A stretch of DNA of 64,000 bases from a virus (taxonomy: Duplodnaviria > Caudoviricetes): the IMG/VR virus record IMGVR_UViG_3300034095_001474, positions 128,001 through 192,000 of that record. One strand, written 5' to 3'. Under the pieces are notes generated by a model, which saw only the letters and a program-made list of their open reading frames with translations, was not told the origin of the DNA and ran no database searches. Position numbers and translations under genes: made by a program. Below, in pieces: positions 25,457-34,991 of the stretch. Numbering within the stretch: the stretch's first letter is position 1; every line of letters starts with the position of its first letter.

Positions 25457-25738
25457 TTATCCTATATTTTCGTCTGTATTTTCTGGTTCTTCTTTTTTAT
25501 CACCTTTACCACCATTGCTTTTCAAAGAATGATAAGTTGTCATTCCAAATAATGCTGCAATAAATGCATAATCAATACTCAAAACCATTTCTAATTGTGT
25601 AAGATTACCCAACATTAACCATTTGACATGTATTATAATAACCAACAATACAATAACAAACGCTGTTAGTTTTCTAGAGCTATAACCTTCTCTTTTCGTG
25701 TTAAAGCTTTTTAAGATGTTGTCAATTATTTCTTTCAT
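25457..25738 (-). CDS. Two-TM membrane protein (holin-like)
   Basis: SSRKL followed by two hydrophobic segments and a charged tail. Confidence 0.55.
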   Translation of the reverse strand: MKEIIDNILKSFNTKREGYSSRKLTAFVIVLLVIIIHVKWLMLGNLTQLEMVLSIDYAFIAALFGMTTYHSLKSNGGKGDKKEEPENTDENIG

Positions 25739-25924
25739 ATCTATTTTTATAATAAATATATGAAAGAAATTTTTTAAAACGAAAATGCCTAATATAAGCG
25801 ACTATATTAGGCATATTATTACTGTTGTCCTTGGCAAGGCAGTAGTTTTTAAACAATTTTTGTTAATCTCTTAGTCATCATTTCTGACGTGCAACCACCA
25901 CTACGTGAAAGGTACAAGATTGTT

Positions 25925-26303
25925 TGGTGGAGTATTGGGGAGTCGAACCCCAGTGTTGAATATTCTTCAATGCTTTCTACATGTTTATCTAGTTTCTAAT
26001 CCTAGCAAAGTTGTGCTACGTTATTTATACCGATGGAGGTGCAGCGACCATCGTTGCTAATTTTTACAACTAAGAAATGTTGGTTCTTGGTGGATTACCA
26101 CTATCGGTGGACTTTACCACCATTTGCAATATTAGGCTACTGCAAGCTCTCCGTTAGAAACGAATGTCGCTTCATCTAGGAAATTTTCTGATACGATAAA
26201 ATCGTTGTCAATTCAAATTTTAATAGACAGATTTAAGTGCTTCCAATCTAGCACTACATGCTTACTACCTACGACTATATTCAGTCAATACCATTAATAC
26301 CCC
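25925..26303 (-). ncRNA. ssrA: tmRNA; tag reading frame 26209-26132 encodes (A)DNDFIVSENFLDEATFVSNGELAVA
   Basis: 5' GGGGTATTAATGGTATTGAC and 3' GGGGTTCGACTCCCC-AATACTCC-ACCA; G3:U alanine identity pair; TGAATT precedes the resume codon; 25-codon ORF ending in TAA. Confidence 0.93.
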
Positions 26304-26418
26304 ATAAAATTAAAGAACGTGTTTAATAAATACGTGGGTTTCGGTTAAAAAACCCACTTATTTAATTTCTTATTACAAATGTACGAACATTATTTTGATT
26401 ATGCAAGTTTTTTTGTAA

Positions 26419-27144
26419 TTATTTTTTAGCTTTAACAATTTTATTTGTTATAATACCATCGATAATACCATAAGCTTTAGCTTCATCAGCATTCAACCAC
26501 ATATCACGATTTGTGTCTTCCAATACTTGTGCTGGGTCTTTATCAGTATATTCACCTAATAATCTGAACAACTCAGTATTGTATTTTTCACCTTCAGCAA
26601 TAGAAACACGAATATCTTGTAAGTTACCTTGTGCACCAGTTGATACTTGATGTAACATTACTCTACTATGAGCAAGACTATAACGTTTCCCTTTTGTACC
26701 AGCACCCAATAAGATACTTCCCATACTTGCTGCCATACCAGTGTTGATTGTAACTAAATCAGATGAGATGTAGTTCATAACGTCAACGATTGATAGACCG
26801 CTTTTAACGCTTCCTCCTGGACTATCGACATGCAGTGTGATGTCTTTTACTTCTAAGTTATCCAAGAACATTAGCTGTGCTTGTACAACTGTACTCATTC
26901 TGTCGTTAACTGGACCAGCTAACCAGATAATTCTATCCATCATCAAACGTGAGAAGATATCCATCTGTGTTACACGTAATTCTCTTTCTTCAAGAATATA
27001 TGGTGTTAATGATGAAGAAGGAACCATAAGTGAAGCTTGCGACCCATAAAGTTTTTCTTGCATTTGTTCCCATTGGTAATATTCCATTGAGGAAACTCCC
27101 ATATGCTTAATAGCATAGTCTCTAAATTCGTTATTTAAATCCAT
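26419..27144 (-). CDS. clpP: ATP-dependent Clp protease proteolytic subunit
   Basis: MDIFSRLMMDRIIWL, DSPGGSV, MAASMGS (Ser), RVMLHQ (His), NRDMWL (Asp). Confidence 0.96.
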   Translation of the reverse strand: MDLNNEFRDYAIKHMGVSSMEYYQWEQMQEKLYGSQASLMVPSSSLTPYILEERELRVTQMDIFSRLMMDRIIWLAGPVNDRMSTVVQAQLMFLDNLEVKDITLHVDSPGGSVKSGLSIVDVMNYISSDLVTINTGMAASMGSILLGAGTKGKRYSLAHSRVMLHQVSTGAQGNLQDIRVSIAEGEKYNTELFRLLGEYTDKDPAQVLEDTNRDMWLNADEAKAYGIIDGIITNKIVKAKK

Positions 27145-27147
27145 ATT

Positions 27148-27453
27148 TTAATCAAAATTTGTTGTTATAATTATTGGTGTGTTTTCACCCATCCATGTTG
27201 ATTTGATATTGTAACCATAATAATCAAATGCCATCTCTACCTTTACATCAAACTCATCTCTTCCGTCTAAATCATCTAAATCTGGTTCCATTTGAGCGAT
27301 AAGAATATCGATTATTTTTTCTTCATCATAAGCTACTATCGGACCTAAATTAGGTCTCTCGGCTATACCTATTATTGCATCATCAAACCCATCCATAAAT
27401 AATGCTTCTGGGTTTGAATCAGCTAATAATTCTTCTACTTCGTCTCTAGTCAT
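27148..27453 (-). CDS. Conserved phage hypothetical protein
   Basis: MDGFDDAIIG...VAYD...AFDYYGYNI...GENTP. Confidence 0.65.
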   Translation of the reverse strand: MTRDEVEELLADSNPEALFMDGFDDAIIGIAERPNLGPIVAYDEEKIIDILIAQMEPDLDDLDGRDEFDVKVEMAFDYYGYNIKSTWMGENTPIIITTNFD

Positions 27454-27908
27454 TATGAGAATTGTTTTTTACCTTTAGATGTTGCGTTAGCGGCTTCATC
27501 TTCAACTTGTTTTTCAGCAGCATAAAGAGTTTTGATGGACTCACGCAATGCTTCCCACTTATCAAATGTATGTTTAGCTAACACACCACTGAATGTTACC
27601 ACATCTGGTTTAGTGATAATTAATTTATCATTTTCCATATCATAATGGATACTAGCCAAAGATTCTTCAACAACAATTCTACGTTGGTCCTCAGTTAATC
27701 CTTCAAAAATCTTTTCATTCAAAACGATAATGATATCATCACCAGTTCTATACTTTAACAACTCATTCGCTTTGTTAATTTTGAAAAGTTCTTTTGCTTT
27801 GTTATTTACCAAAATCGTAATGTTTACGTGTTGGTCTAACCCAGCTGTTTTGATGACTTCATTATATAAGTCTTGTGTGTCTTCAAATGGTTCTTCAAAT
27901 TTTGCCAT
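27453..27908 (-). CDS. Hypothetical protein (phage metallopeptidase-like fold possible)
   Basis: IVVEESLASI...KPDVVTFSGVLAKH, without a canonical HExxH. Confidence 0.45.
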   Translation of the reverse strand: MAKFEEPFEDTQDLYNEVIKTAGLDQHVNITILVNNKAKELFKINKANELLKYRTGDDIIIVLNEKIFEGLTEDQRRIVVEESLASIHYDMENDKLIITKPDVVTFSGVLAKHTFDKWEALRESIKTLYAAEKQVEDEAANATSKGKKQFS

Positions 27909-27952
27909 ACTCTTTTTTTTTTAGTTTATATTAAATTATTTATACAAATATA

Positions 27953-28978
27953 CTAATTAGTTTGATGTGTTGCAACATTTTTTGTTAATTTTTCTTTTAA
28001 ATCGATAATTATCGATTTAACTTCATCATCAACACTTTTTGGCATATAAACGCCCAATGTAATCAATAAGTCACCTCTACCATCTTTACCGTATGTTTTT
28101 ATACCTTTATAAGGGATTCTAAGGTTGTTTCCAACATCACTATACTCTGGAATACTAATTCTTATTTTAGAACCCTCTATCGTCTCTATTTCGATTTTAT
28201 CACCCAATACTAATTGAGGATAAGATAACTTTAAGTTCATTTTTAAATCAGAACCAGACCTAGTGTATGTTTTATGTGGTGCTTCATGAATTTTTATATG
28301 TAAATCACCTTCATTACCACCCTTTACCCCATGACCTTTACCAGACATAACAAATGTCATTCCTTCTATAACCCCAGCTGGTATATCAACTTCAACATTT
28401 TCAACTGTATCAACCAAACCATAACCACTACATGTTTTACATTCTTTGGTATAAGAATTACCTATACCATTACATGCAGTACATGTAGTTACTTGTTGAA
28501 TTTGACCCATTGGTGTGTTGTATATATTTACAACATGTCCACTACCACCACACATAGAACAATCAACAATATCTTCACCACCATGACCTTTACAAGTTCC
28601 ACATTTTGCTTTTCTATTATATTTGTATGTTTTTTTAGTACCAGTAAATATTTCTTCAAGTGTTAATTTAACTAGAAGTGACATATCGGCACCAACGATA
28701 GTTTGAGGTTGGGTATGAAAACCACCACGGAAATGGTTTCTACCACCAAATGGTGAACCTTGTTGATTACCATTTGAATGACCAAATCTATCGTATTTAT
28801 TTTTCTTATCTGAATCTGACAATGTATCATAAGCTTCAGATATCTCTTTAAATTTATCTTCAGACCCACCTTTATCTGGATGATGCTCTTTTGCTAGCTT
28901 TCTATAAGATTTTTTAATTTCATCAGATGTAGCACCTTTTTTAAGTCCTAAGACTTCATAATAATCTTTTTTGCTCAT
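27953..28978 (-). CDS. dnaJ: DnaJ chaperone
   Basis: J domain with HPD, four CxxCxGxG repeats and a C-terminal domain. Confidence 0.96.
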   Translation of the reverse strand: MSKKDYYEVLGLKKGATSDEIKKSYRKLAKEHHPDKGGSEDKFKEISEAYDTLSDSDKKNKYDRFGHSNGNQQGSPFGGRNHFRGGFHTQPQTIVGADMSLLVKLTLEEIFTGTKKTYKYNRKAKCGTCKGHGGEDIVDCSMCGGSGHVVNIYNTPMGQIQQVTTCTACNGIGNSYTKECKTCSGYGLVDTVENVEVDIPAGVIEGMTFVMSGKGHGVKGGNEGDLHIKIHEAPHKTYTRSGSDLKMNLKLSYPQLVLGDKIEIETIEGSKIRISIPEYSDVGNNLRIPYKGIKTYGKDGRGDLLITLGVYMPKSVDDEVKSIIIDLKEKLTKNVATHQTN

Positions 28979-29035
28979 GCTAAATATTTATTTTTTTACA
29001 AATGTACTTAATATTATAATAAAAAACAACTTTTT

Positions 29036-29689
29036 ATGATTTATAGGGTAATATTAACATCAAACGGGAAATACAAGAAGACTTTACATAGATGTAAAAC
29101 CAAAGAAACCGTTTTTAACAATTTTCATAAATTGATAGATGAGAATAATATTTTATATCCTAAAAGATTTTTAATTACCAATGTAATTAAAAAAGTTAAA
29201 TATCAAATTTGTGTAACTAAACCCACAGAAGAAACTGATACTTTCAGAATTCTTAGGGATGATTATGGTAAATTATATACTGAAAAACCTCTGGGTGATT
29301 GGACTATCTTGACTTCTGAAGATTATGATGTTGAAGAAACATTTTCTATCTATGGATATGAAGGAGAAGAAAGACCTACAATTAGAGAAATAGTTAAAAG
29401 GTTGATGTATGGTGCTCACGCCAAAAAAATGGTCAAACAAATTATTGTCGTTCATAATAAACTAATTATTTATAATGAGGACCAATTTGACATGGTTTTA
29501 TGTAAAAATCTAGTAGATGCACAAAGACTGCATCACACCCTAGCAAAGATAGTTAAAAAACAAAAGATAAAAAGTCTTATGTTTATGGGGACAGCCACAC
29601 CAGCTAGTGTAGGACGAATTTATGATATCATACATGAAGAAACTGGCTGGCCATACACCAAAATTAGAAGAACTAGTGCTAGACCTTAA
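29036..29689 (+). CDS. Hypothetical protein
   Basis: 217-aa ORF, one of the few on the plus strand. Confidence 0.65.
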   Translation: MIYRVILTSNGKYKKTLHRCKTKETVFNNFHKLIDENNILYPKRFLITNVIKKVKYQICVTKPTEETDTFRILRDDYGKLYTEKPLGDWTILTSEDYDVEETFSIYGYEGEERPTIREIVKRLMYGAHAKKMVKQIIVVHNKLIIYNEDQFDMVLCKNLVDAQRLHHTLAKIVKKQKIKSLMFMGTATPASVGRIYDIIHEETGWPYTKIRRTSARP

Positions 29690-30066
29690 ACACGTGTTTC
29701 TGTAACGAAATCAATTAGTATTTCACCAATATTTTCGTCAACACCTTTTTGATAAACATATACTTTATCTTCTGGTAATCTTGCATCTAAATTAACTGGG
29801 TAACGCATCGAAACATAAGTTACATCACCTTCTTGTTTATTAAAAGGAATGTGCTTGATTAATGTTTCATATAGGTTTGGGTGTACAGATACACCTATTT
29901 CAGCTTTTTCATCCAACCCTTTAATTTGAACGACTAAAAGTTTTATTTTAGTAACAAATGTACTATTCCAATCTTTTTGCATAGTATCACGTTCTGGCAT
30001 TATATCTAAATATTCTTTCCAACCGTAATAGTTCCATTTTTCTTGCCATTTACTTTCCATAATCAA
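29686..30066 (-). CDS. Hypothetical protein
   Basis: 126-aa ORF. Confidence 0.55.
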   Translation of the reverse strand: MIMESKWQEKWNYYGWKEYLDIMPERDTMQKDWNSTFVTKIKLLVVQIKGLDEKAEIGVSVHPNLYETLIKHIPFNKQEGDVTYVSMRYPVNLDARLPEDKVYVYQKGVDENIGEILIDFVTETRV

Positions 30067-30305
30067 TCAACAAATAAATTTTCCAATTTTTTAACCAATT
30101 CTGTTATTTTAACATTGTTGGTTAAAATTCTTGTTTCAACATGTTCTGGTATGTTCACAACATATTCTGATTTCAATTTTGAGTTCTCTCTTTGTAGTTT
30201 ATCGCTCTCTCTTAGGTATTCATCATATAGTTTACCTTTATCTTCTCTAGTCATTACATTTACATTTACCATTTGGGTTATTACCACAATCACATGGTTT
30301 TTCAT
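30063..30305 (-). CDS. Hypothetical coiled-coil protein
   Basis: 80-aa ORF; the start may be further downstream (MTRED). Confidence 0.5.
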   Translation of the reverse strand: MKNHVIVVITQMVNVNVMTREDKGKLYDEYLRESDKLQRENSKLKSEYVVNIPEHVETRILTNNVKITELVKKLENLFVD

Positions 30306-30654
30306 TTAGAATTTCTGCCATTTTAGCAATTTCTTCAACAATTTCTTCGTCAGTCATATCAATTTCTTCATCTAAAACGTTGATATCTTCAGCAATAGCA
30401 AAACTTTTCTTGATGTCTTGAACCATTTCATTTATTTTAGACATATCAGCTTCAGCAACGATTGATGGATTGATGCACTCAACTCTTTCTTCACCTTTTG
30501 TTGGAATAAAGAATGCCATTGCGTTTGCATTTTTATGTATCAACATAGTGTTTATTGATTCAGCAAATGGTTGGATAATTTCTTTAACTTTCATCATTTC
30601 TGCATCTAAGTAAAAGACAAGCACCATCGGATAATTTGTTTCATTTTCTTTCAT
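30247..30654 (-). CDS. Hypothetical protein
   Basis: 135-aa ORF with a Cys-rich tail. Confidence 0.6.
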   Translation of the reverse strand: MKENETNYPMVLVFYLDAEMMKVKEIIQPFAESINTMLIHKNANAMAFFIPTKGEERVECINPSIVAEADMSKINEMVQDIKKSFAIAEDINVLDEEIDMTDEEIVEEIAKMAEILNEKPCDCGNNPNGKCKCND

Positions 30655-30658
30655 TTTT

Positions 30659-30928
30659 TTAATTGTTTAAGTATTCCTCGAATTTAACTTCTTGGATTAT
30701 ATCTTTTTTATTTATTTTAACTAGCGATTCATTGCTCACAAAATGTTCAACAATAAGCTCATTTATTCTGGATTCTTTATTTTTTTCACCGTATTCGGTA
30801 AAACCGTTTAGTTTAACGTCACCACCACCTTGGTTCAATATCAAATAAATTAGATATTCTGTGATAACTTTTTCACCATCCATGGTGCTTTTTAATTTGT
30901 CAATTTCTTTTACAACAATTCTTTTCAT
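30659..30928 (-). CDS. Hypothetical protein
   Basis: 89-aa ORF. Confidence 0.5.
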   Translation of the reverse strand: MKRIVVKEIDKLKSTMDGEKVITEYLIYLILNQGGGDVKLNGFTEYGEKNKESRINELIVEHFVSNESLVKINKKDIIQEVKFEEYLNN

Positions 30929-31040
30929 TCGTCTTTCTTTAAATATAATGTTATGTATTAAATAATAAACAATAGTATCGATTTTTTTTCATAGTGTAAA
31001 CACTAAAAACAAAAAAACCCCACAATTGTGAGGCTTTTTA

Positions 31041-31217
31041 ATGACTTGTTACAAGATACGGGGGCATTTACTTCAAACCCAGTTAAGAAGTTTTCCAATT
31101 TTATAAAAATAGAGGTTTTGGGAACCTACGTGGAATCTTTCGATTCACTTTCCATGTATATAATTGTTTTTTTTAAGTTTTTTGGTTGCAGAATGCATCT
31201 TTTAAAAAACAAGTCAT
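31041..31217 (-). ncRNA. Y-RNA-like RNA D, directly downstream of the TROVE/DUF2828 gene
   Basis: Outer 10-bp stem ATGACTTGTT/AACAAGTCAT; 5' AAGATGCATTCTGCAACCAAAAAA pairs with 3' GTATCTTG; terminators on both sides (31013-31037 and 31219-31256). Confidence 0.6.
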
Positions 31218-31262
31218 AAAAAAGAGGGATGGGTCATTTAACCATACATCCCTCTTAATATT

Positions 31263-32690
31263 TTAAATAGTTACTGGTGCGTAACGCTCAGAGTCAATAA
31301 CACTCAACATCATAGATATTGGAGTCATGTCTTTACCAGCTAATAAATTAGTAAGCAATGCTGGAGAGAAACCAGATACCAACGCAGTACCTTCTTTATC
31401 AAATTGTACTGGTTTGTTATTATCTCCTCTTGATTGGATGTTCCAATATACTAACTTAGGCATTGTGTACCCAGCTTGAGTATAAAGAGACTCAACCATA
31501 TCTTGAGCAGTCCACCCACGAACACTACCACAATTGAATTCCATGTCTGACAACATAAGAATCATTGTTGGCATTTCTTCTGGTGCAACATTTGACTCAA
31601 CAGCTTTGTTTAAAAGCATTCTAAACGCTTTTTCAACATTAGTATCATATCCAACTGGCCCTTGAATTTGTCTGTATCTCTCAGACAAACTACCTTTAAG
31701 GTATTGTAATGTTGGGTTAGATGTAAACGTAATGAATGCATCTTTGAAAGGACCTTCGTTTCTTTCTGAAATGTATAACCCCAAAGAGATTGCTACATCC
31801 ATACAAGTTACGTTAGCGTTGTTCCCAGCTGGAGTACCCATTGACCCAGAAACATCCACCATTGGTAAAAGTCTCTCGTTGTTACCTTCCATGTAGTTAG
31901 GCAACGCATCCCATTGTACGTTAGCACCTTTGGTGTTACCAGTTTTCATGTTTTTAACGATGTCGTATGGATATACTGCACCAGCATTTATTTTAGCCTC
32001 ACCTTTCTCAACACTTGTCAAGTAAGCTTGGAAACGCTCTAAATCATTTTTAGAGAATGCTTTCATCAAATCACTCATTGCTTTTGATGGCAATTTAGAG
32101 TATTCAATTTTAGTCCACTCTTTTGAACACATTAATTGCTCAACAGTGTTAGAGTTTTCAACCAATAACTTACGGTAATCTTTTGGTGTTAACCCTAAGT
32201 ATTTTCTAAGAGCAGAAGCTTGTCTTTTCTTGTCACGGTTACCAACGTTTGGACGTGGCATCCATTTAGCACAAAGACCGTTTTTATCTTCCAACCCTTT
32301 AGCGATGTAACCCAACGCTGCGTTTTCTAATGGTGTACCAACCAAAACCAAAAGGTCATCCCATCTACCGTACTCAGCAAATAAACCTAAGTTTTTCGCA
32401 AGAGATTCAGTACGATTCTCAGACAAGTAAGTAACGATATCTCTAAAGATTTGTCTCTCACCAGCACCACCTCTTACGTCACGAGCCCAGAATAATAAAC
32501 GCATAGCATTTAAAGGATTCTCAGAATAAGCTTTTGTAAACGCATTGATAAGACGAGTCTTATCTTGACCTCTCATCGCACCAATTTGGAAGAACAAGTC
32601 AACACAAAGGTTTAAAGATGAAGAGTTAGTTACCATTCCGTTTTCAGTTAACGAATTTTTTGTTTGCATAGCTTTTAATAATGTACTCAT
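31263..32690 (-). CDS. DUF2828-type TROVE/Ro60-like protein with a vWA domain
   Basis: TENG...NSSS...VDLFFQIG, ARDVRGGAGER, EYGRWDDL, AKWMPR, YPYDIV, VDVSGSM (MIDAS), LSDMEF, VYWN, VSGFS. Confidence 0.85.
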   Translation of the reverse strand: MSTLLKAMQTKNSLTENGMVTNSSSLNLCVDLFFQIGAMRGQDKTRLINAFTKAYSENPLNAMRLLFWARDVRGGAGERQIFRDIVTYLSENRTESLAKNLGLFAEYGRWDDLLVLVGTPLENAALGYIAKGLEDKNGLCAKWMPRPNVGNRDKKRQASALRKYLGLTPKDYRKLLVENSNTVEQLMCSKEWTKIEYSKLPSKAMSDLMKAFSKNDLERFQAYLTSVEKGEAKINAGAVYPYDIVKNMKTGNTKGANVQWDALPNYMEGNNERLLPMVDVSGSMGTPAGNNANVTCMDVAISLGLYISERNEGPFKDAFITFTSNPTLQYLKGSLSERYRQIQGPVGYDTNVEKAFRMLLNKAVESNVAPEEMPTMILMLSDMEFNCGSVRGWTAQDMVESLYTQAGYTMPKLVYWNIQSRGDNNKPVQFDKEGTALVSGFSPALLTNLLAGKDMTPISMMLSVIDSERYAPVTI

Positions 32691-32809
32691 GATTTTAAAT
32701 TTTAAGATTTTTAATTTTGATATTGCAAATGTACGAACAATTTTTCGGTTTGCCAACTTTTTTTATAAGTTTTTTTAATTTATTTTTTACTTAACTGATT
32801 CTCAGTCTT

Positions 32810-33289
32810 TTATTTTCGTGCATCTAAGAAATCCATATCATATAATTCACGATTTACTAGTTTCCTAACACCGTTAACCTTTTCGTATGTTCTAGTATAA
32901 TGTTCTTGGTAAAGTATTGTTACAGTATCACCAACAGATGCTGCTAACTTATTATATAGCACTCTATGTTTTGTTTCTTCACCTTCAACGGTAAACGTTC
33001 CATGTTCACATTGGAAAGCAACACCAAAACGTTCTGGAACTGTAGTTGTTGTTACTTGATAATCGTTACCAATCTTTACACCAGAATTACCATCGTAATC
33101 TGTACCAGTATAACCACCATGGTCATACATTGTTCTAGTCACTTCGGTATTATGTTCCGAAGGTGAAAATAATAGTGTTACGACTACTGCTTTCTCCTTT
33201 AATACTGGGGTTGTCTCTGATTCCGTATCAGCACAACTAACTAACGCAAACAATGATACGATAATTAAAAATTTACTCTTGTTTTTCAT
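32810..33289 (-). CDS. Lipoprotein
   Basis: Lipobox ALVSC after a hydrophobic signal. Confidence 0.6.
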   Translation of the reverse strand: MKNKSKFLIIVSLFALVSCADTESETTPVLKEKAVVVTLLFSPSEHNTEVTRTMYDHGGYTGTDYDGNSGVKIGNDYQVTTTTVPERFGVAFQCEHGTFTVEGEETKHRVLYNKLAASVGDTVTILYQEHYTRTYEKVNGVRKLVNRELYDMDFLDARK

Positions 33290-33300
33290 ATATTCTATTT

Positions 33301-33816
33301 TTAAATTTTTACAAACCAAGCTTTTACTGTTGATGTGGTGTTCTGTATGTTCATAAATTCACAGTTATTAATTACACCATCAGTAACAAAAAATTGTCCA
33401 ACTTCACCACTATAATGACTACCACCAAATGGATAAAAGTAATACAATGTAAGTGTTTTATTTGTTGATGCTACACCAGCAGATATTTGATAAGGTCTAA
33501 CTGCGTTGCTATTCAATATGTAATTGTTATTATTGATGAACTTTAAAGTATCATTTGGATATGACGTTGAAAAAGCTGTTACCACTTTTGTCAATAACCA
33601 TTTTGTCCCAACTAAATCATATAATTGATTACCAGTATTATTGGGTAATGTTCCACCGTTGGTATATTGCCATTCCCATGTTGTTGTATCGTCAACTGGT
33701 AAAGTACCAGCTTTATAATTTCCAGGTGTTATCGGTTCTTTGTTGCAAGATGCGAACAAACTTAAAAATAAAAACAACCCAACACTTTTTATTACATATA
33801 TTATCTCTTTTTTCAT
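33301..33816 (-). CDS. Lipoprotein
   Basis: Lipobox LFASC after a hydrophobic signal. Confidence 0.6.
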   Translation of the reverse strand: MKKEIIYVIKSVGLFLFLSLFASCNKEPITPGNYKAGTLPVDDTTTWEWQYTNGGTLPNNTGNQLYDLVGTKWLLTKVVTAFSTSYPNDTLKFINNNNYILNSNAVRPYQISAGVASTNKTLTLYYFYPFGGSHYSGEVGQFFVTDGVINNCEFMNIQNTTSTVKAWFVKI

Positions 33817-33874
33817 ACTATTACCTTTATATTAATATAACAAATGTAAGTATTATTTTTCAATAAAACAAATT

Positions 33875-34498
33875 TTAAACAAAGTTTCTCACATATTTTT
33901 TTCTATGATACTTGTTAGCACCATGTTCTTTCAATGCTTCAATATGGTCTGGCGTTAAATACCCCTTGTTTCCACACCAATTATATTGTGGGTATTGTAA
34001 ATGTAGTTTACACATATATTCATCACGTCTTACCTTGGCAACAATAGCTGCTGCTGCAATGCACGTATATGTATCATCACCTTTGGGTACTAGTGTTACT
34101 TCTGGGTCTTGTTCACGTTCATCCCATACTGTTCCATCAACAAGTATGTGTTCTGGGTTAATTGATAATTCATCTAAACACTTATACATAGTATTAAACG
34201 TTGAAGGATTTATACCTATTTCGTTTATTTCGTTTACAGAACCAGCTTGACATGAAATAGCAATAGCATTATCCATTATTAGTTGATATGCTTCGTTTCT
34301 TTGTTTTGGGGATAGTTTTTTGGAATCTCTTATAAGTGGAGATTTGAAACCTTTCGGCATTATTACTGCTGCTGTCACAACTGGCCCAGCACCGCAACCT
34401 CTACCAACTTCATCTAAACCAGCAACCAATTCGTAGTCACCAAAGTCTTCAAGAATTTTCTTCTCTTTTACCATCTTTTCTTTTTTTAAAGTAATCAA
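33875..34498 (-). CDS. rnhB: Ribonuclease HII
   Basis: AGLDEVGRG...GPVV, RDSKKL, LVDG, KGD...IAAAAIVAKV.RD, NKGY.T..H. Confidence 0.95.
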   Translation of the reverse strand: MITLKKEKMVKEKKILEDFGDYELVAGLDEVGRGCGAGPVVTAAVIMPKGFKSPLIRDSKKLSPKQRNEAYQLIMDNAIAISCQAGSVNEINEIGINPSTFNTMYKCLDELSINPEHILVDGTVWDEREQDPEVTLVPKGDDTYTCIAAAAIVAKVRRDEYMCKLHLQYPQYNWCGNKGYLTPDHIEALKEHGANKYHRKKYVRNFV

Positions 34499-34715
34499 AT
34501 AAAGCCCACATAGAAATTAGTGTCCAAGTACCTTCTAATATTATAAAAGGTTCGTATTGAATAATACAAGATGCTGTGCATGAAAGAATACCTCCAATTA
34601 TATTTAAAACAATATATAATGGATGGTCGTTGTCTAGTCTATCTAGAATATTTAAAAGGAAAGCGAATAGCATTAAAACTACTCCAGCAGAACCTATCAT
34701 ATCACTTATCGTCAT
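34449..34715 (-). CDS. Small three-TM membrane protein (CBU_0592-like)
   Basis: IGSAGV..ML.AF...Y..LN..G...PF..LE..W. Confidence 0.65.
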   Translation of the reverse strand: MTISDMIGSAGVVLMLFAFLLNILDRLDNDHPLYIVLNIIGGILSCTASCIIQYEPFIILEGTWTLISMWALFDYFKKRKDGKREENS

Positions 34716-34759
34716 GTGTTTTTTTTACAAATGTACGAAATAATATTTAATGAACCTAA

Positions 34760-34990
34760 TTATTCTTCTATTTTTTTAATAAATCTAACCAATATACCAT
34801 CAAATTCAACTTCGAATTCATCTGTATAGTCACATTTAGCTGATGGTGGGTTTGATTTATAAAACAATTGTTCAGTCATTGCTTTATGGTTTCTAGGGTT
34901 TAATTCATATGTCAAACTCAAACCATTTTTTTCAATGTTTTCGTTTTCAAAAATTTCAGAAACTGTTTTTATTAATTTATTGTAATCCAT
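34760..34990 (-). CDS. Hypothetical protein
   Basis: 76-aa ORF. Confidence 0.55.
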   Translation of the reverse strand: MDYNKLIKTVSEIFENENIEKNGLSLTYELNPRNHKAMTEQLFYKSNPPSAKCDYTDEFEVEFDGILVRFIKKIEE

Positions 34991-34991
34991 T

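Noticed and set aside
31028-31219. 63-aa plus-strand ORF
   Set aside because: It coincides with ncRNA D and lies between two minus-strand terminators.
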